From a virus: DNA of 64,000 nucleotides. The position numbers and the translations under genes were made by a program. This document shows positions 9,399 through 18,109 of the stretch, one piece after another (the first letter of the stretch is position 1; every line of letters begins with the position of its first letter). The notes beneath the pieces are model-generated. The model did no database searches. It was not told the origin of the DNA and was given only the letters and a program-made list of their open reading frames with translations. Location: positions 51,416-115,415 of IMG/VR virus record IMGVR_UViG_3300028829_005098. The stretch is one strand, 5' to 3'.

Positions 9399-9989
9399 TT
9401 ATTCAACACCTGAACGTGAGTTTCCGAGAACACTTGATCCGGATGACATTGCACCTGAACCTTGAGTTGCTACAAGTGACGTCATCCATTCTTGGTATCT
9501 TTCGGTATCAAAACTTGTTCCACCACCTGAACGATAAAAACTACCTTTAGCAGCTGCTTCAGGACTACCTCCTCCGTAATCACTATAAGTTGACATACCA
9601 CGACTTATTTTGGTTGTGAATCCTGATATTGTTGATGATCCACCAAAACTATCGTTCATAGCTGCATCTACATCAGAGTTACCTCTATAAATGCCCTGTT
9701 CAGATGATTTAATTGCCTGTCCATAACCAAAGAAGTTAACACCTTGACCACGACCTGTTGCATTTGCAAATGAATTAAGTTGTGGTGCAGCCCCCGCTAT
9801 TGGTGATGGCATAGATTCTCTGTAAAATGTTCCTTTGAGTTTTCCAGGTACTCCGTTTCCTCCGAAACGACCTTCAATACCACCACGACGTCTTGAAAAT
9901 CCACTTTGAAAGTCAACAAGACCTTTCCCACTGTCTAAACTATTTGCTTTAGTTGCTCCAGTTCCCATTCTTTTATCTTCGCCTGCCAT
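9399..9989 (-). CDS. Gly/Ser-rich hypothetical protein
   Basis: 196-aa ORF with a strong SD (AAGGAG) and an upstream ATATTTAT motif. Confidence 0.7.
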   Translation of the reverse strand: MAGEDKRMGTGATKANSLDSGKGLVDFQSGFSRRRGGIEGRFGGNGVPGKLKGTFYRESMPSPIAGAAPQLNSFANATGRGQGVNFFGYGQAIKSSEQGIYRGNSDVDAAMNDSFGGSSTISGFTTKISRGMSTYSDYGGGSPEAAAKGSFYRSGGGTSFDTERYQEWMTSLVATQGSGAMSSGSSVLGNSRSGVE

Positions 9990-10032
9990 AATATTTGTCT
10001 CCTTTTTTATTTTTTAGTTAAATAAGTTTAAT

Positions 10033-10040
10033 ATAAATAT
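10033..10040 (-). promoter_or_regulatory. putative late promoter motif ATATTTAT
   Basis: Intergenic, coding strand of the 9989 gene. Confidence 0.55.
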
Positions 10041-10052
10041 ACCACTATAATC

Positions 10053-13000
10053 TCAAACGTCATATTTTATCAAAAAATTTATTGGGTAATTTGGAATAAT
10101 TTTCACAGGTTTAGCAAGTTTAGCAGTCATAACTAAATCAGGACCATCATATAAACCTACGGTTGTAGCATATGGTGCTAAATAACTACCCTTTTTATCC
10201 TGCTTGTTTTTCTCTTCATAATCCAAGAAATTGTTTAATATTTTACGACCATTGTATTTTCCTGTTTTTTGATCTAAATATTCTATAATTTGATAAGCAT
10301 TGGGTCTTTTTATATTTCTATAAAACGGACTTACTAATCCATCGGTGAGTGCTTTTCCTGTTCTTCCGACAAAATATCTTGCAAGAAGTTTTGCGTCCGA
10401 TGCACCAACCACACCGTCACCGTCAATATCAAGACCATTCATACCTAAAAGTCTTAATGCATCTAGTCTATCTAGTATTTTTAAATCTTCTTCTTTTGAA
10501 TTATTATTATTTACAGTAAGGTTATTTAAAATATTCATAATAATAACATCATCTGCTTCACTAATAATAACATCATCATTTGGCCATTTGGCATCTTGCT
10601 CAAGCACTAAACTATTATCCACTTCAGCTGATGTGTCTTCTGTTTCACTTACTCGTTTAAATGAACCTAGAATATAACGATATATATAAGATAAATCAAC
10701 TATATCAAATTTTCCGTCATCTGTTACATCAAAGTCAATATCTTCAATTTCTACCGAACTTGGATTTGTACTAACATTAAACTCATGTGGATTGACTTTA
10801 CATACCACTTCATTTTCATATATAGAATTTATTCCATCAAATGAAATTTCATATCCACGCCTACCACCGAGTGAAAGCATATTGCTAAAATACTCAGTAA
10901 GTTCAGTAATAACTGCGATACCATTTTTATAAAATACATTTCCAACATAAACTCTATCTCCGTCACGAATAGTTTTTACGTCATATGATATAACCGATCC
11001 TTCAACTTGTAATTCGTTATGTTCTAAATTTCCCCAAATAATATCACCACGTTGAGAAAATACATGAGAACAATTATCAAACGACACAATGTTATCATCA
11101 CCGAAACTTGATATTTGATCTATTGGCCAATCACCAAGAACGGGATTTCCAACATAAATTCGTGTTGAACTTAAAGAAACACTTTCTCCATATTGAGTTT
11201 TGACATTGTTTTTTTCTTTAACACTAACAATTTCTTTTATTGTATAAAGATTATCAGCATCGTCTATTCTATAATATTTTGCACAACCTTGTATACTATT
11301 TCGTTTAATATTATATATAAATTCTATTTCCTCGGTTGGATCAAACAAATGTCCAATCGTTTTTACAAAGAAACAAATCTTACTATTTTCAAATTTGGTT
11401 TTATCACGATATACACCACGTGTAAGTGTTCCGTTTCCGTCTGTATCTATATAGTTTTTTTCGGAATAAATAAATGATGCTCGTATTTCAAAGTCAGAGA
11501 TAGTTTCTAAGTCAATATCTGTAATTGATTTTGTATCAATGCATATCATCATGTCTACTTGATTCAAACCTAGATATTCATATTCAAAAGATGTAAATAA
11601 ACTTTGGACAACTGTATAAAATTCTTCCGAATTATTTTCTACTCCAAGTTTATAATCAGGAATTTTAAATTCTTTGCCTTCGTTTAATATCTGTATTCTA
11701 CTTTGGTCTGTACATGGTGATCCAATTAATAAATCATTTCCTATTAACGATACATCACAACCGAATTTATTATTGTATCTCCGTTCAACATCATCGTCTT
11801 CGTATATCTTTCTTATATAATTTAATGTATTATCTTCAATCTTATACATCCACACAGATCCTGCTGAGAAAGAAATTCCCTGCGTTAACTCTACATCCGT
11901 GTCTACATATTTCCTATCATTTGAATCTCCGATGAATATATACTTTCCATTAGTTTCAAGTGATGTACCAAAGTTACTATATTTATTTTCAAAATATTTA
12001 TATGGATATTTTACCATATCTTTTCTAGATTCTACATTTACTATCTTTGGATTTATTGAAAAACTAATTACAGATGGTGTTCCCACTAAAAATGATCCCA
12101 AATATCTGCCTATATATATATTATGGTCTCCTGCGTCAATATCATCAAATTTAATTGTAAATTTGTTTGAACTATCTATAACATTTCCATTGTGTAAAAT
12201 TCTACTATTATACTTATCCGTTCCTTCACCGAATAGTTTATCTATTCTATATATAAATCCTTTACCGGTGGATTCTGCAACCTGCTTTGTTTCCACTTCA
12301 ATAGTTATTGAATCATCATTAACTTCATACTTTATTTTATTAAAATAGTCTTGAGATAAAATTAACTTACTTGAATCGTAGTTGTAAATTTCATTCTTAT
12401 AAAATGACTGAATATGTTTCCAAATATCGCAACTTCCTGTTTCAGATGGTCTTTTTCTAAATAAATATGCTTTTTTGTCATCGGTGTCAGGTGTAGTAGA
12501 TAATAAAACATCACCAAACAGTTTTACCTTTTGTCCGAGTTTCTGTGACCCACTTGCTCTTACAATTGAAACAAGTTCCCATGTAACATCACCTATTCCA
12601 TATTTTGGTGTTTTGTTACCATTCTGAAATTCATGGTATTCAGGTATAGGAAAGTTTGTTTCAAACCCGAATGATGCTATATCTTCTTCCGAATCAAATT
12701 TTGATATTGTGTTTTCCTCACATTCATCAGGTTCACTTCCGAAATAAGTTAATTCATATTCAGACGGAGATGCATTTGTTATTTTCCAACGATGTGTATT
12801 TTCATTTAGTTCTTTTAACTTATCGCAGACAGGATAACCTTTGTATATATTTTCTATATCATTAAAACAATATCCACTATACGAATCATTTATTCTATAC
12901 CAAGGTGTATTTTCATCTCTTAGTTTCTTTTCAAAAATATATATAGCACCTTCATCATTATACATACCAGGTGCCCCGATTGCCATAAAGTTACCATATA

Positions 13001-14180
13001 TTGAAATAGACGAACCAAATAATGAACCAGGATCACCTTCTAGTATATTGGTCATTCCCCAGTTTTCCGAACCACCCTTGTCTATGTCATATAAAAAAAC
13101 ATGACCCTGTCTTGATTCATTACAATCACCGTGAATGTGAGATCGAGGTGAACCAATTGCACAAGTCCCATTTTTTAATTCAACCGCACTTCCAAATTCA
13201 TCGTTTATTGAATAGTTTTTTCCACCGAGTATTTTACCAAGTTCTGTAACAAGAAATCCACTTGAGTTTAATTCCGATTCTTCAATTAACCCCTGTTGTG
13301 TAAATGGACACTTAAATTCACGAACACTTCTAAATTCCTTTGTGTTTTCATCGTATCTAAATAAACTAGCTGTTCCTGTTAAATAGTCACTTGGAGAATC
13401 TTGATACATAGGTGCTCCTGATAAAACATAATCTCCATCCGATGCCATCACACTCCCAACACTCATATCAGACGAATTAAAATTTTCATCTGTGTATTTA
13501 AAGTTTAATCTGTCAGAGTTGCTTCTAGTTATTTTTTTAATTTCATTGAATGAGTTACCACTTATTACCAAGTTGGTTGACCCATCATCCACGATTTCAA
13601 TAACACCATATGGTGAAGAATAGTCTGTAATTCTAAAGTTGTTTGGTTTTATTTTTTCACCAAACTGATTTTTGGAAAACTCAATAACTAAAATATCATC
13701 TTTAATAATACGTCTTTCGTATTTATCTTTTATGTTACCAAACGCATCACTCTCACTATCATCTACTTTGTATTGTCCTGTTTCCGAACCAAATACCATC
13801 AATGGATTTTTGACGTCGGTTTCGTTTTCATAAATACCATAGTTGTTATAGAATAAATGTTTTACAGAATTATATACATTTCTATAATATGTTCCGTCTA
13901 TATTTATTGGTTCTTTTGTTTCATCATAAAAAATATGATTATGCGGATAAAAAGTACCATCTATTCGTTTTCCCCTACGAATTTTTACTTTAGTATTATT
14001 TGCATTTTGTTCGGTTGCGAGACTTTGTGCTTCGTTTAGAACTAAAGGTATTCTATCACCATCAAGGTTAGTTTGTTCAAGAGAAATTCCACCAAGAGAA
14101 TTTATTGTTGAATACTTCCAAGATTTATTAGATTTGAATTTCCTAACTACCTTGTCAGAAACCTTTAGATTTTTAATCAT
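10053..14180 (-). CDS. baseplate/tail-associated protein with FG-GAP beta-propeller repeats and two dockerin/EF-hand-like motifs
   Basis: Repeats FGSAVEL..AIGSP, FGSSISI..AIGAPG, FGTSLE..FIGD, FGCDVSL..LIGSP and YGESVSL..YVGNP; DFDVTDDGKFDIVDLSYIYRYILG and LDIDGDGVVGASDAKLLARYFVG. C-terminus PYATTVGLY..AKLAKPV is paralogous to the next gene. Confidence 0.7.
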   Translation of the reverse strand: MIKNLKVSDKVVRKFKSNKSWKYSTINSLGGISLEQTNLDGDRIPLVLNEAQSLATEQNANNTKVKIRRGKRIDGTFYPHNHIFYDETKEPINIDGTYYRNVYNSVKHLFYNNYGIYENETDVKNPLMVFGSETGQYKVDDSESDAFGNIKDKYERRIIKDDILVIEFSKNQFGEKIKPNNFRITDYSSPYGVIEIVDDGSTNLVISGNSFNEIKKITRSNSDRLNFKYTDENFNSSDMSVGSVMASDGDYVLSGAPMYQDSPSDYLTGTASLFRYDENTKEFRSVREFKCPFTQQGLIEESELNSSGFLVTELGKILGGKNYSINDEFGSAVELKNGTCAIGSPRSHIHGDCNESRQGHVFLYDIDKGGSENWGMTNILEGDPGSLFGSSISIYGNFMAIGAPGMYNDEGAIYIFEKKLRDENTPWYRINDSYSGYCFNDIENIYKGYPVCDKLKELNENTHRWKITNASPSEYELTYFGSEPDECEENTISKFDSEEDIASFGFETNFPIPEYHEFQNGNKTPKYGIGDVTWELVSIVRASGSQKLGQKVKLFGDVLLSTTPDTDDKKAYLFRKRPSETGSCDIWKHIQSFYKNEIYNYDSSKLILSQDYFNKIKYEVNDDSITIEVETKQVAESTGKGFIYRIDKLFGEGTDKYNSRILHNGNVIDSSNKFTIKFDDIDAGDHNIYIGRYLGSFLVGTPSVISFSINPKIVNVESRKDMVKYPYKYFENKYSNFGTSLETNGKYIFIGDSNDRKYVDTDVELTQGISFSAGSVWMYKIEDNTLNYIRKIYEDDDVERRYNNKFGCDVSLIGNDLLIGSPCTDQSRIQILNEGKEFKIPDYKLGVENNSEEFYTVVQSLFTSFEYEYLGLNQVDMMICIDTKSITDIDLETISDFEIRASFIYSEKNYIDTDGNGTLTRGVYRDKTKFENSKICFFVKTIGHLFDPTEEIEFIYNIKRNSIQGCAKYYRIDDADNLYTIKEIVSVKEKNNVKTQYGESVSLSSTRIYVGNPVLGDWPIDQISSFGDDNIVSFDNCSHVFSQRGDIIWGNLEHNELQVEGSVISYDVKTIRDGDRVYVGNVFYKNGIAVITELTEYFSNMLSLGGRRGYEISFDGINSIYENEVVCKVNPHEFNVSTNPSSVEIEDIDFDVTDDGKFDIVDLSYIYRYILGSFKRVSETEDTSAEVDNSLVLEQDAKWPNDDVIISEADDVIIMNILNNLTVNNNNSKEEDLKILDRLDALRLLGMNGLDIDGDGVVGASDAKLLARYFVGRTGKALTDGLVSPFYRNIKRPNAYQIIEYLDQKTGKYNGRKILNNFLDYEEKNKQDKKGSYLAPYATTVGLYDGPDLVMTAKLAKPVKIIPNYPINFLIKYDV

Positions 14181-14184
14181 AAAT

Positions 14185-14192
14185 ATAAATAT
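14185..14192 (-). promoter_or_regulatory. putative late promoter motif ATATTTAT (near-leaderless)
   Basis: Motif ends 4 nt before ATG 14180. Confidence 0.5.
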
Positions 14193-14212
14193 ATTTATAT
14201 TTAATTATTCAG

Positions 14213-15709
14213 TTAGAAATCTAGTTTGACTTTAATTAATGTCTCAGTATCAAAACTTTTTAAAACAGGAACACTTAATTTAGCAACTGCAACTAACTCA
14301 TTATTTTCAGTATATAGTCCTATTGTAGTAATATATGTTTTTGGATCATTTGCAAATGCGTCAAATCTAAGTCTTCCGGTAAAATACTCAAGAGGCAATC
14401 CGTTGGATGTTGCTAATTCTCTTGCTTCTTTATTTTGGAATATATAAGTTGGATTATTACTATAATTAAAATCAGAATTTCTTACACGAATAAAATAATG
14501 CTTTGATGGAATTAGTTCGCTGCTTCTACTTTTAAAGTCACCACCCAATTTGAACATATAAAATAGTTTCATAAAGTTTTGGTGATTTCTTTCAATACCG
14601 AACTTTACGTCATCAGAGTAATCAGAACTAGAAGAATCCTGATCAACTGATCCATACCATGAAATAACCCTTCCACAATTTTCTTCTCGTTTTGGAAATA
14701 TATTACTCTTGGTTGGTGTAAACCATTCATCATACCATTGCTCAATTCGTGAACCGAATTCGCATGAAAGAGCATATGGATTTAAAATAACAAGACCGAG
14801 GTCAGGATATAATAGTCCGAAACCTTCACCAGAACCTTCACCTGTTCCAACCGCATACTTATCAGACTCCTGTGGATTTCCGTCTGCAAGTGTTCCTTTT
14901 ATTATGTTAAAAGATTTTTCTACTTTTTTCTCTCCCGTAGTTGATAGTAGTGTTTGTTCATATCGTGAATCATCACGGAATGTCTGTGTGAATGTCTTTT
15001 CAATAAACTCACTGTTTCCATTTTCCTCATACGAAAATCTTGCAGTTAATGCAAGAGTGAATTCTAAATTTCCTTCATCAATTTTTTCTTTTAATGCAGA
15101 AGATGCAAAATTTAATACAAAAATAGAATCTCTATTTTTACCCGAAAGACTTGCATTATCGGATGTGAATGTAAATTGATCATCACCTGGTCCTAATAAT
15201 ATGTTTCTATATTGAGAATAAATTGCTTTTGTTACAGATGCGGTTTTTGTGCCTCTACGACTTCCGTATCCATTTTTATTTCCATAAGAAATGGAGAATT
15301 GTAGTTCAGAGTTTTCATTTTCAAGTTCACCGATAGTCGGTTCTTCATTATATACATTTACATAGTAGTCACCGTATCTAATCTGATGCCAAAATCCTTC
15401 ATGGTAATTACTTGTAACATCTGTGGTTGGGTTGTAGTCCTGTATTAGAAACTTAGAATCAAAATTTGTATAATCTGGACTTGCAACATAATTACCTTCG
15501 GTGAGTTCATCTGAACCAAGACTTATTAAATCAGAGTTATCTTCTTCTGTGCCTGCACCTGATTTTACATATTTAGTTAATTCTGAACTTACTTCTCTTT
15601 CGTCAAAATACATTCCAATAAGTTGAAATCCTTCCGAGAAACTTCCTGTGGAAATTTTTTGTGACCTACCGAATACTTTATCGGCATCTTCTATTTGTTT
15701 ATAGATCAT
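14213..15709 (-). CDS. baseplate/tail structural protein
   Basis: C-terminus FNYSNNPTY...TYITTIGLY..NELVAVAKLSVP shared with the 1375-aa protein; sits in the structural module. Confidence 0.65.
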   Translation of the reverse strand: MIYKQIEDADKVFGRSQKISTGSFSEGFQLIGMYFDEREVSSELTKYVKSGAGTEEDNSDLISLGSDELTEGNYVASPDYTNFDSKFLIQDYNPTTDVTSNYHEGFWHQIRYGDYYVNVYNEEPTIGELENENSELQFSISYGNKNGYGSRRGTKTASVTKAIYSQYRNILLGPGDDQFTFTSDNASLSGKNRDSIFVLNFASSALKEKIDEGNLEFTLALTARFSYEENGNSEFIEKTFTQTFRDDSRYEQTLLSTTGEKKVEKSFNIIKGTLADGNPQESDKYAVGTGEGSGEGFGLLYPDLGLVILNPYALSCEFGSRIEQWYDEWFTPTKSNIFPKREENCGRVISWYGSVDQDSSSSDYSDDVKFGIERNHQNFMKLFYMFKLGGDFKSRSSELIPSKHYFIRVRNSDFNYSNNPTYIFQNKEARELATSNGLPLEYFTGRLRFDAFANDPKTYITTIGLYTENNELVAVAKLSVPVLKSFDTETLIKVKLDF

Positions 15710-16365
15710 AGTGAGTCAGATACTCCACTTTCTGCGATTGAATCAGTAAGAACTCTTACTGGAATTGTTACTGAACCACCACTTTCGTTTCCAATTATTG
15801 TAAGTGTTGCGGTTCTATCTTTGTCAATAGATGCATTGGGTCTAAATGTAAAATTTAATCCAACAACCGTTTGTGCTTGTTCACTTGAAGTATCACCCAA
15901 AAATAATGCCGAAGATGATGCAACGGTTCCCTCTACACCTTCACCTGTTAAAGTTCCTACTCGTCTATCACTTAAAACCGCAGTATAACCAAGAGTTGTA
16001 TTATACACCGGATCAGTTGTCGGAGAAATAGTAACCGTACCGTTATAGTTTTTATCAAGTGTGATGCTTTGTTGTCCAAGTTTGATAAGAGGAATATATT
16101 GAGTTCCAGGTGGTAGTGTTACAAGTTTATATTTCAATGCTTGTGTTTCATCAGTAAGTGGTTCAAATACTGGTAGACTTCTTATAGCCGCATCATAATA
16201 TTGTGTTCCTGCAGGGTGGTTTGGATCATACAATGTATAATCTATTTCATCGTCTGCTAGAGCAAAGCTTGTAATATTGAGGCCAGATTCAGATGCAAGT
16301 AATTCTCTTCCCCTTTTTGTTAAAGTTGCTTCAACCGTAATTGTCTCGTTATTTAAGTAACCCAT
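15706..16365 (-). CDS. virion structural protein (baseplate/fibre-attachment type)
   Basis: MGYLNNETITVEATLTKRGRELLA..ITSFALADDEIDY N-terminus typical of tail-fibre/baseplate attachment domains. Confidence 0.6.
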   Translation of the reverse strand: MGYLNNETITVEATLTKRGRELLASESGLNITSFALADDEIDYTLYDPNHPAGTQYYDAAIRSLPVFEPLTDETQALKYKLVTLPPGTQYIPLIKLGQQSITLDKNYNGTVTISPTTDPVYNTTLGYTAVLSDRRVGTLTGEGVEGTVASSSALFLGDTSSEQAQTVVGLNFTFRPNASIDKDRTATLTIIGNESGGSVTIPVRVLTDSIAESGVSDSL

Positions 16366-16398
16366 ATTAAATATATATATTCAGTTAGTTCTAATTTA

Positions 16399-16406
16399 AT
16401 AAATAT
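16399..16406 (-). promoter_or_regulatory. putative late promoter motif ATATTTAT
   Basis: Intergenic, upstream of ATG 16365. Confidence 0.5.
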
Positions 16407-16443
16407 TTATATATCTATATTTTAATCGATAAAATAAGAAATG

Positions 16444-18108
16444 TCATTCCATTTCTCGCATTTCACCAGAAAAAGTCATAAATTTACTATCTGCGAACGT
16501 TCTTGTTCCATCGTTTACACCACCCTTTATTGTAAATTTCTGCTCATTTAGTGATTCTTGTGTTTGTGATAACAATACCTGTTGTAGCATTTGTCCTGAA
16601 TCTAATTGTTGTTGTGTTCTTGTATTATAGAAATTACTTGATTCAATATATTCTTCATCTTGCATATAATAAAAATTTAATCCATCGTATTGATTTGGTT
16701 TTACAGAAGGAATAGTTTTTCTAATTGGTTCAAATGGTTTAGTACGACTTGTGTTATACAAATAAGATAATTCTGATTTTGCTTCTTGTCCTATTTCTAC
16801 ATCTCCATAATCAAGTATTTCCGAAAAAACAAATACACTATCAACATCACCACTAAATCTTCCAACTTCTAAATTCTTTAAGTTTGCTAAATCACGTTCG
16901 TGTCCTTCGTCAATTGATGCTCTATAAATATTATCTACAAATAATCTTGCTATTCCAGACGGATATAACATTAACACCAACCAAGTCCATTTATTTTTTT
17001 CAATTGTTACATCCTCAAATGTATTATCCATATACGACCATGTGCTAGTTCCATCTGTTAAATCTTTTTTTGTATTTTTCCATGTATAACCAATTGTTCC
17101 TGTTATTGTTTCATCTCCTTCTTCTCCATTTGTATTTACAATCAACGCACATCTAGTATTTTGTTCTGGTGTATTTTTGAGCATAGAAGTTTTTGTGGAT
17201 GTGTAAGATGAAGTCGATGTAGGAGTTGGTGAGGGTGTGGGTGTGGGTGTTGGTGTGGGTGTTGTTATTGTAGGGTTAGTTCCGATAATTGTAGATGAAG
17301 GTTTTGATTCACCTACAAATTTTACCCATAGTGCGAATGTTAAAGCATTTGTTTCTATTGATGAACCACTTTTTTGTTCAATATACTCACTTGGATTATA
17401 TAGTTCAACATCTTCAACATTTGTAATATCATTTCCAAGTGATGCAAATGTTGATAATCCACGATTTTCTCCAGAATCTTTTATATGACCATGTAAATGA
17501 CCTGTTCTACCGTGGGTTGATAAATCTTTAACTCTGTAATGATTCCTAAAATCTGCATGAATTGCTGTTTTAGTAGGTGTGGGTGTTCTTGTGGGTGACG
17601 GAGTTGGTGTATTTGTGGGTGTGGGTGTTCTTGTGGGTGACGGAGTTGGTGTATTTGTGGGTGTGGGTGTTCTCGTGTGACTTGGAGTAAAAGTAGGAGT
17701 TTTACTTGGACTTGGTGTTGGTGTTTGTTGTGTAATTTCTGCACTCTGCGTTGTTAGATCTGCAATACCAATCCAACAGGTGTTATCAAGTGGTAAACTA
17801 TCATCACCATCGTCTATTAATGATAATTTTAAAGTAACTTCAGACGTATCACTTACATCGTTTCTTTCTACTTTTAATCCGTCGAAACTTAATATAACCG
17901 ATTTATCTTGTTCTAATTTTATATTAAAGGACGAACCAAATTCAGTAAGTAATCTTACATTTTTTGAAAACCCAATCTTAAATAAGGCATCTACAAACAA
18001 ACCGGATACAGTTGCAAGATCATCACCAAACTTCAAATACTTAATTTCATCGTCTCCGATTGTTGATTCAAATACATTAAAATTTTCAGAATTTATACAT
18101 TCACCCAT
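16444..18108 (-). CDS. LamG/concanavalin-like domain protein with two Pro/Thr linkers
   Basis: LTFALWVKF...KNKWTWLVLMLY...LFVDN...GRFSGDVDSVFVF; TPTPSP tracts. Confidence 0.7.
   Translation of the reverse strand: MGECINSENFNVFESTIGDDEIKYLKFGDDLATVSGLFVDALFKIGFSKNVRLLTEFGSSFNIKLEQDKSVILSFDGLKVERNDVSDTSEVTLKLSLIDDGDDSLPLDNTCWIGIADLTTQSAEITQQTPTPSPSKTPTFTPSHTRTPTPTNTPTPSPTRTPTPTNTPTPSPTRTPTPTKTAIHADFRNHYRVKDLSTHGRTGHLHGHIKDSGENRGLSTFASLGNDITNVEDVELYNPSEYIEQKSGSSIETNALTFALWVKFVGESKPSSTIIGTNPTITTPTPTPTPTPSPTPTSTSSYTSTKTSMLKNTPEQNTRCALIVNTNGEEGDETITGTIGYTWKNTKKDLTDGTSTWSYMDNTFEDVTIEKNKWTWLVLMLYPSGIARLFVDNIYRASIDEGHERDLANLKNLEVGRFSGDVDSVFVFSEILDYGDVEIGQEAKSELSYLYNTSRTKPFEPIRKTIPSVKPNQYDGLNFYYMQDEEYIESSNFYNTRTQQQLDSGQMLQQVLLSQTQESLNEQKFTIKGGVNDGTRTFADSKFMTFSGEMREME
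17576..17673. repeat. perfect 42-bp tandem repeat (about 2.3 copies) encoding [14 protein letters not shown]
   Basis: ggtgtgggtgttcttgtgggtgacggagttggtgtatttgtg is identical at 17576 and 17618, partial at 17660. Confidence 0.9.
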
Positions 18109-18109
18109 T

